This document shows, piece after piece, positions 18,028 through 27,183 of a stretch of 64,000 bases of DNA. Both the position numbers and the translations under genes were made by a program. Position 1 is the stretch's first letter. Each line of letters begins with the position of its first letter. The notes under the pieces were generated by a model, which saw only the letters and a program-made list of their open reading frames with translations, was not told where the DNA came from and did not search any database. Origin of the DNA: an uncultured Candidatus Saccharibacteria bacterium (GTDB lineage Bacteria; Patescibacteriota; Saccharimonadia; Saccharimonadales; Saccharimonadaceae); contig CAUTMO010000003.1 of the NCBI GenBank assembly GCA_963539815.1, positions 131 to 64,130 of the forward strand. Reading direction: 5' to 3'.

Positions 18028-18058
18028 AAAATCGGCCACATTATTACAGCCGATTTCT
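18026..18058. terminator. Bidirectional terminator between convergent recF and tsf
   Basis: AAAAATCGGC-cacattattaca-GCCGATTTCTTT, with A/T runs on both sides. Confidence 0.7.
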
Positions 18059-18086
18059 TTCCTGGGGCAATTTTCTAAACTAGGAA

Positions 18087-18683
18087 TTATTCGCTGACGC
18101 CCAGCTCGATTCGCTTAAACTGACGAACCACGATGTTCTCACCTAATTTCGCAATTGCTTCCTTAATGTGCTGCTCAACAGTCTTAGAGTCGTCCAAAAT
18201 GTACGCCTGGCTCATAAGAACCTGTTCAGCAAAATGTTTCTTCAATTGACCTTCAACGATCTTTTCGCGCATTTCTTCAGGCTTGCTTGCCAAAGATTCG
18301 CTCGCCATAAGCTCAGCTTTAACGCGCTCCATTTCCTCTGCTGGAATGTCAGCTTCAGAAACATACTTTGGGCTCATCGCTGCAATTTGCATAGCAACTT
18401 CGTGCGCCAACGTCTTAAAGTCATCAAGTCGAGCCACAAAATCAGTTTCGCAGTTTACCTCAACGATAACGCCGATTCGACCAGAGTGAACATAACCTTC
18501 GATCAAACCTTCACGAGCTTCACGATCACCCTTCTTTTCAGCTTTCGTCAAGCCTTTTTTGCGCATAGCTTCCAAAGCTTTATCGAAATCGCCCTCAGCT
18601 TCAACCAAAGCTTTCTTAGCGTCAGTCAAGCCTACGCCGGTCAATTCGCGCAATTTTTTAATATCATCAACAGAAACGCCCAT
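18087..18683 (-). CDS. tsf: Elongation factor Ts (short form)
   Basis: IKKLRELTGVGLTDAKKALVEAEGDFDKALEAMRKKG is the UBA-like N-domain. The gene sits downstream of rpsB. Confidence 0.93.
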   Translation of the reverse strand: MGVSVDDIKKLRELTGVGLTDAKKALVEAEGDFDKALEAMRKKGLTKAEKKGDREAREGLIEGYVHSGRIGVIVEVNCETDFVARLDDFKTLAHEVAMQIAAMSPKYVSEADIPAEEMERVKAELMASESLASKPEEMREKIVEGQLKKHFAEQVLMSQAYILDDSKTVEQHIKEAIAKLGENIVVRQFKRIELGVSE

Positions 18684-18684
18684 C

Positions 18685-19413
18685 CTATTTCTCCTCTTTT
18701 TTAGCTGGTTTTTCTTCAGCCTTTACACTACCCGCACCTTCAGCAACAGCTGCGGTGAAGTAGTCTAATAGCAATTGAATGCCCTTAACAGCGTCGTCAT
18801 TACCTGGAATTACATAATCAATTCCTGTTGGGTTAACGTTGGTGTCAACAATTGCAAATACTGGCACGCCCAAAGTTTGAGCCTCGCGAACTGCATTTGC
18901 GTCGGTCAATGCGTCAACTACAACAACAGCGCCTGGCTTGCCCATCAAATCCTTGATACCGCCATATTTCATATTCAAGCTGTCGATTTCCTCTTGGAAA
19001 CGCTGCACCTCAAGCTTGTTATAACGCTTTTCCAAGTCGCCTGAAGCCATTCGCTTTTCAAGATTCTTCAGCTTCTTAATTTGCTGAGCAATAGTTGAAC
19101 CGTTAGTCAACATACCACCAATCCAGCGCTCAACTACGTATGGCTGGTTGATTTTTTCAGCTGCTTCACGAACAACGTCTTTGGCTTGTTTTTTGGTGCC
19201 AACAAACAGAACCTTACGGCCTGATGCGGCGATTTTTGTCAATTCCGGCAAAGCCTTATCCAAAGCTTCAACGGTCTTAGTCAAGTCAATAATGTGACTA
19301 TCCTGACGCTTACTGTGAATATATGGCGCCATCTTTGGGTGCCAGCGGCTGGTTTTGTGTCCAAAATGAACACCCGACTCCAGCAAAGCCTTAATGTCTA
19401 CCTTTACAGACAT
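18685..19413 (-). CDS. rpsB: 30S ribosomal protein S2
   Basis: LLESGVHFGHKTSRWHPKMAPYI... I chose the ATG at 19413 because AAGGAGAAAAGG precedes it. The tracked ORF starts 7 codons earlier. Confidence 0.93.
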   Translation of the reverse strand: MSVKVDIKALLESGVHFGHKTSRWHPKMAPYIHSKRQDSHIIDLTKTVEALDKALPELTKIAASGRKVLFVGTKKQAKDVVREAAEKINQPYVVERWIGGMLTNGSTIAQQIKKLKNLEKRMASGDLEKRYNKLEVQRFQEEIDSLNMKYGGIKDLMGKPGAVVVVDALTDANAVREAQTLGVPVFAIVDTNVNPTGIDYVIPGNDDAVKGIQLLLDYFTAAVAEGAGSVKAEEKPAKKEEK

Positions 19414-19499
19414 CCTTTTCTCCTTTTGCCTCATCCGCCCACGATTTGGAGTGTGAAGCGGATTGTGTCATTAAAATTAGTTACCTGGCAATTATACCA

Positions 19500-20243
19500 C
19501 TATTCTTCATCAGGAGCAACTACCTCTTGACGAGACGCGATGAACTTTTCCATCTCTTGATCAAGCTCAATTGCTTCCTTGCTCGAAGAAGAAATCTTCT
19601 GAATCTCATACCACTCTCCTCTTGGCTCTACAACTTGCATTTCAACAGATTGACCACTCTCTTCTGTCGAATCCTTGCGGCGCACCTCTGCGCGAACTAC
19701 ATCGCCACCTGCCCGAGCGAACTCAAAATAAGTAATCGAGCTATCATCCACAAAAGCACCATACGAACAATTCTCTCCCCACGCCAAATCCTTTGCAGTC
19801 ATATCCGGCGCCGGTTCATCAATTAGATTTGCCGACAACTTAAACAATAAGACTGATCCAGCCCTTACTCCGTCTTTCCTGAAGCTAGCATCCTTATAGA
19901 CATCAAATGCCACGGCTGAAGTGCTCACTTCCACTGGTATAATATTAGAAGAATCAACAATACTCTCATGAGGTTTAAATAGCTTCGCGCTAATAGGGCC
20001 TCTACCTAGCAATCTAGGATATAGTTCCAGATCAAGACTTACACTAAGCATACTACCAAGCCGTGATAACGAATCCTGATTAACCAGAGTATTTATATTA
20101 CTTTCTTCATAGCCATCAGGCTGATCCAGTATCTCGCTGATAGCCTGTATCTTTCTTTTTTCTTCACCGCGCCGAAACGCCTCATTCGCCAAGATGTCTA
20201 AATTATGATTATTCCAAAGTGTAGGTTGCCTTCCCTTGTCCAT
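19500..20243 (-). CDS. Hypothetical acidic cytoplasmic protein (orphan A)
   Basis: A 247-aa ORF with SD AAGGAG 9 nt upstream and its own promoter. I recognised no motif. Confidence 0.6.
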   Translation of the reverse strand: MDKGRQPTLWNNHNLDILANEAFRRGEEKRKIQAISEILDQPDGYEESNINTLVNQDSLSRLGSMLSVSLDLELYPRLLGRGPISAKLFKPHESIVDSSNIIPVEVSTSAVAFDVYKDASFRKDGVRAGSVLLFKLSANLIDEPAPDMTAKDLAWGENCSYGAFVDDSSITYFEFARAGGDVVRAEVRRKDSTEESGQSVEMQVVEPRGEWYEIQKISSSSKEAIELDQEMEKFIASRQEVVAPDEE

Positions 20244-20281
20244 ATTATATAACTCCTTAATTTTCCTAATTATCAGAACCA

Positions 20282-20310
20282 GTTATACTCTCTCTCTCTT
20301 GATTTGTCAA
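20282..20310 (-). promoter_or_regulatory. Promoter of orphan A: TTGACA-17 nt-TATAAC with (AG)6 inside the spacer
   Basis: The minus strand reads TTGACA AATCA(AG)6 TATAAC. The + strand (CT)6 is at 20288..20299. Confidence 0.6.
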
Positions 20311-20418
20311 GTATTTCATCATATTTTTGACAATTTGCAAACGACATGATTGCAATGTAGATTCGTGCTGCTGGTGATATTTGCATTACTCCGTTTTTTC
20401 TGTTAAAATACCAAGGTT

Positions 20419-20763
20419 ATGAAAAGCAGTATTCACCCACAGAACTATCGCCCTGTCGTATTTAGCGACGAACAAGCGGGCTTCGCGTTCTTGACTCAGT
20501 CAACAGCGCAAACAACCGAAACTATCAAATGGGAAGACGGCAACGAATATCCATTAGTTAAGGTTCATATTTCATCAGCTTCACACCCATTCTTTACTGG
20601 TGAAGAAAAGATTATCGACACCGAAGGTCGTGTTGATCGCTTTAAGGCTCGTCAAGCAGCTGCTGAAGCTCGCCGAGCAGCTTTGGCAAACAAAGCAAAG
20701 AAAGCCAACGCCAAAAAAGCAACTAAAACTGATTCTCCAAAATCAGACAAAAAGACTAAATAA
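20419..20763 (+). CDS. rpmE2: 50S ribosomal protein L31, type B (no CxxC) with a Lys/Ala-rich C-terminal tail
   Basis: [15 protein letters not shown]...[29 protein letters not shown] with no zinc-ribbon cysteines. A promoter-like TTGCAT-17-TAAAAT ends 9 nt before the ATG. Confidence 0.9.
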   Translation: MKSSIHPQNYRPVVFSDEQAGFAFLTQSTAQTTETIKWEDGNEYPLVKVHISSASHPFFTGEEKIIDTEGRVDRFKARQAAAEARRAALANKAKKANAKKATKTDSPKSDKKTK

Positions 20764-20788
20764 TCTAACAAATTAGTCCGACAATTCA

Positions 20789-20818
20789 AAAACCGCTCAA
20801 TCACTGGGCGGTTTTATT
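20789..20818 (+). terminator. rpmE2 terminator
   Basis: AAAACCGC-tcaatcactgg-GCGGTTTTATTTT. Confidence 0.75.
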
Positions 20819-20823
20819 TTACG

Positions 20824-21423
20824 CTAGTTCAATCTGACAACACTTATCTCGCGACATAATATTTCACGGTCTCCCCGCATCTTTGCAGCACATAAGCGGT
20901 GAGCGCCGTCACCTTGTAGAGCCAAAAATACTCCGCCATCAGAATCCACGACAATATCTACTTTGCGTATTGAAGGGCTAGTCTTCGGATCCATTTCTGT
21001 GTATTGTCTAATAATATCGCGGCTACTTTTTCCACCTTTCGATTCCGACACTCGCCCTTCTTGCCAATCTTTAATCATCGGTGCTGCCACAAATAATTCA
21101 ACTGGCAACGGAATATCAGATCCCGGAATCGCGCTCACTTCAGGCCACTTACCCTTATATATAGATATTTTTGTTTCACTGGCAATATTACCTTTAATTG
21201 ATTCATTCAAATCACGTAGTGGAACTGGCTTCGCTATTGGATGAGCGTCAATCTTAAATAAACTCTTCACAATCAAATCAACTCTCTGATCGTTTGCTGG
21301 GATATCCTCTGGAAGGTCTTTAATACATTGCGCCAGCTCAGATGACTTTCCAACGCCAGGAAGCGCCAACTTATCAGTATTTTCGTAAGCCAAATCACGC
21401 GAATCAATCTTGCATTCTCTCAT
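20824..21423 (-). CDS. Hypothetical protein with a possible ParB/Srx-like C-terminal domain
   Basis: FLALQGDGAHRLCAAKMRGDREI resembles the DGhHR..AA...G core of ParB N-terminal/sulfiredoxin-fold proteins. I take the start as the ATG at 21423 (MRECKID), 9 nt after a TATTAT -10. The tracked ORF begins at a TTG at 21441, inside the promoter. Confidence 0.45.
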   Translation of the reverse strand: MRECKIDSRDLAYENTDKLALPGVGKSSELAQCIKDLPEDIPANDQRVDLIVKSLFKIDAHPIAKPVPLRDLNESIKGNIASETKISIYKGKWPEVSAIPGSDIPLPVELFVAAPMIKDWQEGRVSESKGGKSSRDIIRQYTEMDPKTSPSIRKVDIVVDSDGGVFLALQGDGAHRLCAAKMRGDREILCREISVVRLN

Positions 21424-21432
21424 TATCACCAT

Positions 21433-21474
21433 ATAATACAATACTAGAAAGCATTTGTCAATGTATGATATAAT
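21433..21474. promoter_or_regulatory. Back-to-back divergent promoters (ParB-like gene and prfA)
   Basis: Minus strand: TTGACA (21461..21456), 17 nt, TATTAT (21438..21433). Plus strand: extended -10 TGaTATAAT (21466..21474), 9 nt before the prfA ATG. Confidence 0.6.
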
Positions 21475-21483
21475 TTTATAGAT

Positions 21484-22554
21484 ATGGCGAAGATTTCTTT
21501 AGATATGGATTCTCTGAAAAATGAACGAGCTGATTTAAGCAATTTTTTAGCGCAACCTGACGCTTACAGCTCACCAGATTTTACGGTAAAAAACAAACGA
21601 TTTTCAGAATTAGAGACGCTTATCTCCAAAGGCGAAGAGCGAGAAAACCTGGAAAAAAACTTGGTAGAGGCCAAAAAATTAGCTAACGAAGGCGGTGAAT
21701 TGGCCGCTCTGGCGAAACTTGAAATTACTGAAACCGAAGCTCGATTGACCGAATTAGAAGAAGAATTATTCATCCTTCTCACCCCAAAAGACTCCAACGA
21801 TGAGAAGAATATCATCATGGAAATCCGAGCTGGCGCTGGTGGCGACGAAGCATCCCTGTTTGCGGCGGAACTGTACCGCATGTATCTACGTTGGTGTGAA
21901 TCTAACGGCTATAAAGTGGAATTAATTAGCGAATCAGCCAATGATTCTGGCGGCTATAAAGAAGTTATTTTTATGATCAAGGGCGATGCGCCATACTCTA
22001 AATTGAAATTCGAAGGTGGCGTACACCGAGTTCAGCGAGTTCCAGTCACTGAAAGCCAAGGTCGCGTCCATACTTCAACTGTAACGGTGGCAGTTTTGCC
22101 AGAAGCAGAAGAGGCTGACATTGAGATAAACCCGAACGATTTGCGAGTTGACATTTACCGTTCCAGCGGACACGGTGGACAGAGTGTGAACACCACAGAC
22201 TCGGCGGTGCGAATCACCCACTTGCCGACTGGAATGATAGTTACAAACCAGGATGAAAAGTCGCAAATTAAAAACCGCGAAAAAGCCATGAGCGTGCTTC
22301 GTTCACGATTGTTACAGATGAAAATTGACGAGGAAAACGCCAAATTAAGCGCCGAGCGACGCTCGTTGGTTGGAACTGGCGACCGCTCGGAAAAAATCCG
22401 AACATATAACTTCCCGCAAGACCGAATCACCGACCACCGCATTCACTACAGCCGCAGCAATATCCCCGCTGCAATGAACGGGGATATCGACGATTTGATT
22501 GAAAATCTACAGAGATATGAGCGCGAGTTGAAAGCTCAGAATGCTAGTAACTAG
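21484..22554 (+). CDS. prfA: Peptide chain release factor 1
   Basis: [17 protein letters not shown] is the RF1-type tripeptide region, and [23 protein letters not shown] is the GGQ motif. Confidence 0.95.
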   Translation: MAKISLDMDSLKNERADLSNFLAQPDAYSSPDFTVKNKRFSELETLISKGEERENLEKNLVEAKKLANEGGELAALAKLEITETEARLTELEEELFILLTPKDSNDEKNIIMEIRAGAGGDEASLFAAELYRMYLRWCESNGYKVELISESANDSGGYKEVIFMIKGDAPYSKLKFEGGVHRVQRVPVTESQGRVHTSTVTVAVLPEAEEADIEINPNDLRVDIYRSSGHGGQSVNTTDSAVRITHLPTGMIVTNQDEKSQIKNREKAMSVLRSRLLQMKIDEENAKLSAERRSLVGTGDRSEKIRTYNFPQDRITDHRIHYSRSNIPAAMNGDIDDLIENLQRYERELKAQNASN

Positions 22555-23135
22555 TACGGCTTACGCGGCTCAGCAGACTCCAATAGTTTTGCTAGCTTAT
22601 GTATCTCTTCCACGCCAACAGGCTGACGATTCAGCCCCATTTGTTGCTCTAATTTATCATTCTCTATTTCATCGTTACACCTATCAACCATATGCATTAT
22701 GATGATAACTTCGGAGCGCAGTACTCTCTTTAACTCTCTCGACCGCTTAGCAATATTGTCATCGTACCTCAAAACCTGATCATCTTCTATATAATAATCA
22801 TGCGTCTCTTTACTTCCCTCATCCAACTCCGTAATTGATATGGATCGTTCTTTATCTCCATTATCAAGCAGAGCGGATTCCACACTGACCAATATATAAG
22901 ATCCGTCTTTTTGAGGAATTTCTAATAAAACTTGCGATTCTACCCGATCCATCGATTCAGTATGATCGTAAGTTTTCGCATCTCCCGCGAATCTAAGCAA
23001 TGTCAGCTGAACCAGATCATCAAATTCCTTTGCCGCCCGCAACTTTTCTTCGGTCGTCAGTTCAAGATTAAATCCTTCTGCAAACTCCATTTGTTTTGCG
23101 GCTTCACTACTATGCGTATTATTTGGCAATTCCAT
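22551..23135 (-). CDS. Hypothetical acidic cytoplasmic protein (orphan B)
   Basis: A 194-aa ORF, convergent with and overlapping the prfA stop by 4 nt. Its 5' region is paralogous to that of orphan A. I recognised no motif. Confidence 0.55.
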   Translation of the reverse strand: MELPNNTHSSEAAKQMEFAEGFNLELTTEEKLRAAKEFDDLVQLTLLRFAGDAKTYDHTESMDRVESQVLLEIPQKDGSYILVSVESALLDNGDKERSISITELDEGSKETHDYYIEDDQVLRYDDNIAKRSRELKRVLRSEVIIIMHMVDRCNDEIENDKLEQQMGLNRQPVGVEEIHKLAKLLESAEPRKPY

Positions 23136-23171
23136 TATATATTCATCTCTTTCGCTAATGATATGAAGCCT

Positions 23172-23202
23172 ATAATACTCTCTCTCTCTCTTGATTTATC
23201 AA
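23172..23202 (-). promoter_or_regulatory. Promoter of orphan B: TTGATA-19 nt-TATTAT with (AG)7 inside the spacer
   Basis: The minus strand reads TTGATA AATCA(AG)7 TATTAT. The + strand (CT)7 is at 23178..23191. Confidence 0.55.
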
Positions 23203-23279
23203 TACTTTTTACCATTTTTCTCAGTTTTTGCAAGCGTTTTACTTTTTACATTCCATAGATATATGTTATAATTAGCCAC

Positions 23280-24104
23280 ATGATTATCTCTGAATGGCTA
23301 AAAATTGCCACAAAATCCTTAAAAATAGCAAACATCCCGTCCGCCAGATTAGACGCCGAATTGATATTAGCCAACACTTTACGAAAAAACCGCACTTACC
23401 TACACGCCCATCTGGACGAAGAAATTGACCCCAGAAGATTTGACATCGCAAATGCCAGATTAGATCTGAGATTAGACCGCGTACCAATAGCCTACATTCT
23501 GGGCTATAAAGAATTTTACGGCCGCAAATTCACCGTATCTCCTTCCGTTTTAATTCCCCGCCCTGAATCCGAAGATCTAATTTCATTGTTCTTAGAACTG
23601 ACCGCCAGTGAAATTGTCGAAAAAGTTTTAATTGACGTTGGTACAGGGTCTGGCTGTCTGGGAATTACTGCCAAATTAGAGAGAAACAACTTGTCGGTGA
23701 TCTTATCCGATATTAGCAAGCCAGCCTTAAACATTGCAGAAAAAAATGCGAATGCCTTAAATGTGGACGTCCATATTCAACAGCAATCATTGCTTAATGG
23801 TCAACTCAAACCAGTCGACTACATTTTTGCCAATTTGCCTTACGTTGACAAAAATTGGGACGTATCTCCAGAACTTCAATACGAACCAGAAATTGCGCTT
23901 TTCGCCGAAGACGAAGGGCTGAAATTGATATTGCAATTGATCTCACAAGCACCACGATGCCTCACCTCAGAAGGTTTATTGTTTATCGAGGCGGATCCTC
24001 AGCAGCACAATAGAATAATTGACGAAGCCGTGAAAAATGGTTTTGTAAAAGAGAGAGTTCTCAATTACATCCTAGTCCTGCGTTTCACTGGCGCCCAAGA
24101 TTAA
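23280..24104 (+). CDS. prmC: Release-factor glutamine N5-methyltransferase (HemK/PrmC)
   Basis: An SAM motif IDVGTGSGCLGI and a catalytic NPPY variant FANLPYV. The genomic neighbourhood includes prfA. Confidence 0.85.
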   Translation: MIISEWLKIATKSLKIANIPSARLDAELILANTLRKNRTYLHAHLDEEIDPRRFDIANARLDLRLDRVPIAYILGYKEFYGRKFTVSPSVLIPRPESEDLISLFLELTASEIVEKVLIDVGTGSGCLGITAKLERNNLSVILSDISKPALNIAEKNANALNVDVHIQQQSLLNGQLKPVDYIFANLPYVDKNWDVSPELQYEPEIALFAEDEGLKLILQLISQAPRCLTSEGLLFIEADPQQHNRIIDEAVKNGFVKERVLNYILVLRFTGAQD

Positions 24105-24865
24105 ATTACTACCGAATTCAAGAACACTAACATCACTAAGATAATTACGATCGTAAGAATCACCGGAGCTGATATGTCTGAAAATCGAATGGCTTTGTGC
24201 TTGTTGTAAGATTGGTAAGCTTTACTGGCTACAAGCGAGAATAGCAATAAGATTATTGTAACCTGTGAAACGCCGCCAAATAATGACTTTCCGTAACTGT
24301 AAGTCCAGTAATATGACAACCAACCCAGCTCAGCAAAGACGAGTCCCCAGATTGCCGAAAGTAAAACCGTTTGTTCTTCGTCATAACTGTGTAGGAAATG
24401 ACGCGCAGAACTATAGCCAATCAAGAACATCAGAATAACAACTACAGAAACTGGCCACTCGTACGACACCACCATCAGAGCAGTTACACCGACGAAAATA
24501 GCAATCAGCGACTGCATAGCAACCTGCCAGCGCTTAGACATCGGCTTAATCACAACTAACCAAATTGCATATAATATCGCCAATGCTACGCGGAAATAAA
24601 ACACTGACGTAGGTAGATACATCAGACCAACAACACCAATTCCGACCGTTAAGTCAACCAAGTTAGCCTGAATATTTGCCCACCAAAAACGCGGACGAAC
24701 AGCAATTATGCGCCATTTACTCAGCACGACAAGTGCTAATGCTGGAAACGGGGTCTGAAATGCTTGAGCAATAACAAGCAATGCAACCGCCAAGCCAATA
24801 TTTAAGACATAATAAACTAACTCGCTCCAAAACGTTCTTCGTTTAACAGTTTTCAGTAACTCCAT
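24101..24865 (-). CDS. Polytopic membrane protein of unknown function
   Basis: A 254-aa ORF with about 7 hydrophobic helices. I recognised no motif. Confidence 0.6.
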   Translation of the reverse strand: MELLKTVKRRTFWSELVYYVLNIGLAVALLVIAQAFQTPFPALALVVLSKWRIIAVRPRFWWANIQANLVDLTVGIGVVGLMYLPTSVFYFRVALAILYAIWLVVIKPMSKRWQVAMQSLIAIFVGVTALMVVSYEWPVSVVVILMFLIGYSSARHFLHSYDEEQTVLLSAIWGLVFAELGWLSYYWTYSYGKSLFGGVSQVTIILLLFSLVASKAYQSYNKHKAIRFSDISAPVILTIVIILVMLVFLNSVVI

Positions 24866-24886
24866 AACTTACTCTATTATACCAAA

Positions 24887-26530
24887 TTATGAGCCAGTTC
24901 CCACAACAACGATGAATTGTGCGTCAACATTCAAATTATACTTCGAGGAATCTGATAAAACCGAGCCGTACAACTCCTTAAATTTATCTTTCGTGGCGGT
25001 TTTTTCTTTACCAGCTGACAATTGATAAACTTGAGTCTTCCCTATTTTCTCACCACCTGGAGCATTGCCGACATGAACAACTTTCATTCCTAATTCTGTC
25101 AATTTGTCCGCCTCTTTCTGCGCTGCGCCAGCCACGCCGGAACCGTTCAAGACAGCAACTGTGGCTTTTTCCTTAGATAACGGCGTTGCGTAAATCTCAG
25201 ACTTTATGTAAGCACGAATGTCGTCATAATCATATAATCCCGCAGCCGGCTGGACTATACTTGCGCCACCCGCCGTGCCAGTAGTCATAAGTACATTGTT
25301 TTCCTCTACAAAACTCAATCTGTGAATATCAGATTCTTTTATCTCTGAGCCAAGGTTCATAATTGTGCGAATTTCTTTCGTGTCAATGTTTGTGCGCAAG
25401 TTTTTGCCCATAGCATCCATCAGAGACGTCACCTTGCCAAAGTCAGTCAACGTTCCCGTGGAAGTAGCTTTGTTTTTCAGAGCCATAAGTACCAATTGCT
25501 GGTTTTTCTCTCGGTCAAAGTTGGATTGTTCCAATCCGTAAGTTGGCGCCACCAAACCACGCGCCCGAGAGAACCACATCGCCTTTTCGCCGTCCATTTC
25601 GTGCTTGCCGTTAGTTAATTGCATATAGTGACCTGTTGGGCATCGTTCACGACGTTGCTGATAGTTCAATTCCTTCGCTCGACACATCCAATCCATACTT
25701 GGGTCAAGGATTCCCCGCGGATCACGACTCTGTACGTCAACAGTAACTCCGCCGACCGCATTGACAGCATCACGAATCACCGCAGTATTAATATGCGCCA
25801 CGTATTGAATATCCATACCGAATATATCGCCGATGAATTTCTTAGTTTTATCCATTCGTTCGGCTTCTGCCTGCGCACTATCGCCATTATTCACGCAGCC
25901 AAAATATTCATTGATTTTACCAGCGTAGCCAGAATTACACGCCATACCAAATTTTACATACAAGTCACGCGGAATGCTAAACATATACGCATCCTTCTTT
26001 GTCTGATTGACGCTAAGAATCATCATCGAGTCGGTCAATGTCGCACCTGGATGGTCCGGATCGTCATCTGTTGTACCTAAAATCAGCACATTACTTCGAC
26101 CATAAGCATCCTCTTTCAGTTTCTGCTGCGAAAATAGTCCTAAGATTCCGCCATTATGGAACACCGAGTTCATCGTCTGCCATAATTTTAATAGCAGCCA
26201 GCCCGCCACAATTGCAATAATAATTCCGATAATCGCAAGAATAATCCTGGTAATTAACTTTTTCTTACGCTTCTGTTTGCGCTCCTGCCGATGAGAAGGC
26301 TTGGTGTTTTCATCAATTGCCGCCAACGATTCGCTAATATTCTGCTTTAATTTATTAGCAGAAGTTGGTTGCTGAATATTCCTTGTCGCATTATTCGACA
26401 CTTGTGGACTATCTTCGTTACTACGAGGATGCCCGAGCGTAGTCGTTTTTTTGCTAGTAATTTCCCCCAACGAAGTTCGCTGTGGTCGCTTGGCGACAAA
26501 TCCGTCCATCGACTGTTTGCGTGGTTTCAT
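24887..26530 (-). CDS. LytR-CpsA-Psr (LCP) family cell-wall glycopolymer ligase with a LytR_C domain
   Basis: TM anchor, LILGTTDDD...TLTDSMMILSVN...SIPRDLYV (LCP core), and a C-terminal VAVLNGSGVAGAAQKEADKL (LytR_C). Confidence 0.88.
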   Translation of the reverse strand: MKPRKQSMDGFVAKRPQRTSLGEITSKKTTTLGHPRSNEDSPQVSNNATRNIQQPTSANKLKQNISESLAAIDENTKPSHRQERKQKRKKKLITRIILAIIGIIIAIVAGWLLLKLWQTMNSVFHNGGILGLFSQQKLKEDAYGRSNVLILGTTDDDPDHPGATLTDSMMILSVNQTKKDAYMFSIPRDLYVKFGMACNSGYAGKINEYFGCVNNGDSAQAEAERMDKTKKFIGDIFGMDIQYVAHINTAVIRDAVNAVGGVTVDVQSRDPRGILDPSMDWMCRAKELNYQQRRERCPTGHYMQLTNGKHEMDGEKAMWFSRARGLVAPTYGLEQSNFDREKNQQLVLMALKNKATSTGTLTDFGKVTSLMDAMGKNLRTNIDTKEIRTIMNLGSEIKESDIHRLSFVEENNVLMTTGTAGGASIVQPAAGLYDYDDIRAYIKSEIYATPLSKEKATVAVLNGSGVAGAAQKEADKLTELGMKVVHVGNAPGGEKIGKTQVYQLSAGKEKTATKDKFKELYGSVLSDSSKYNLNVDAQFIVVVGTGS

Positions 26531-26571
26531 ATCTATTGATTATAACACACAAAACGCTTATAATTGAAACA

Positions 26572-27177
26572 ATGGACGCTACTTTTATGGATCGTCATCC
26601 AAAATTACAAGATGGCCTGGGAATGGTCATTTTCGTTGTTGGCGTGGTGATCGGTACACTTTTATTGAACACTTTTGTATTTCAAACTTTCAATGTTGAA
26701 GGCGCCAGTATGGAAACGACGATGTACACCGGCGATCGTCTGATCGTCAATCGATTGCCTGTCACTGGTTCAAAATTGCAGAATAAAAATTACATCCCAA
26801 AGCGCGGACAAGTAATTGTGTTTAAGAATCCGAATTTTAACGCCTCGACAGGCAAAGACGAGTACATTGTTAAGCGCGTAATTGCCTTTGCTGGTGAGCG
26901 AGTTACTGTGAAAAACGGCACCGTAACTGTTTACAACACAGAAAATCCCGACGGGTTTAACCCTGACACCTCAGTCAATAAAAATGAACCAGGACAGCCT
27001 ACTTCTGGAGATGTCGATACGACCGTACCGGAAGGTACGATATTCGTTATGGGTGATCACCGCCAAGGAAGCTATTCTTGCGACTCCCGAAACTGCATGG
27101 GGCCAATCCCCCTTTATGACATCGTCGGACCAGTCAGTCTACGAATATTCCCGTTCAATAAAATTCGCTCGTTCTAA
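26572..27177 (+). CDS. lepB: Signal peptidase I
   Basis: GASMETTM (Ser box), VKRVIAFAGERV (Lys box) and GDHRQGSYSCDSR. The start is the ATG at 26572, 7 nt after the TATAAT at 26559..26564. The upstream part of the tracked ORF overlaps the LCP gene. Confidence 0.9.
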   Translation: MDATFMDRHPKLQDGLGMVIFVVGVVIGTLLLNTFVFQTFNVEGASMETTMYTGDRLIVNRLPVTGSKLQNKNYIPKRGQVIVFKNPNFNASTGKDEYIVKRVIAFAGERVTVKNGTVTVYNTENPDGFNPDTSVNKNEPGQPTSGDVDTTVPEGTIFVMGDHRQGSYSCDSRNCMGPIPLYDIVGPVSLRIFPFNKIRSF

Positions 27178-27183
27178 TAAAAA

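Noticed and set aside
20335-20386. Three TTGCA(A/T) boxes upstream of rpmE2, considered as a Zur/Fur-type operator because type B L31 genes are often zinc-regulated.
   Set aside because: There is no dyad symmetry or resemblance to known Zur boxes, and one of the boxes is simply the -35 element of the rpmE2 promoter.
20281-23240. The two ~85-100-nt similar sequences considered as direct repeats bounding a mobile element or genomic islet.
   Set aside because: The interval contains core genes (rpmE2, prfA). Each repeat lies exactly at the start codon and promoter of a gene, and no recombinase is present. Promoter and 5'-region paralogy is the simpler explanation.
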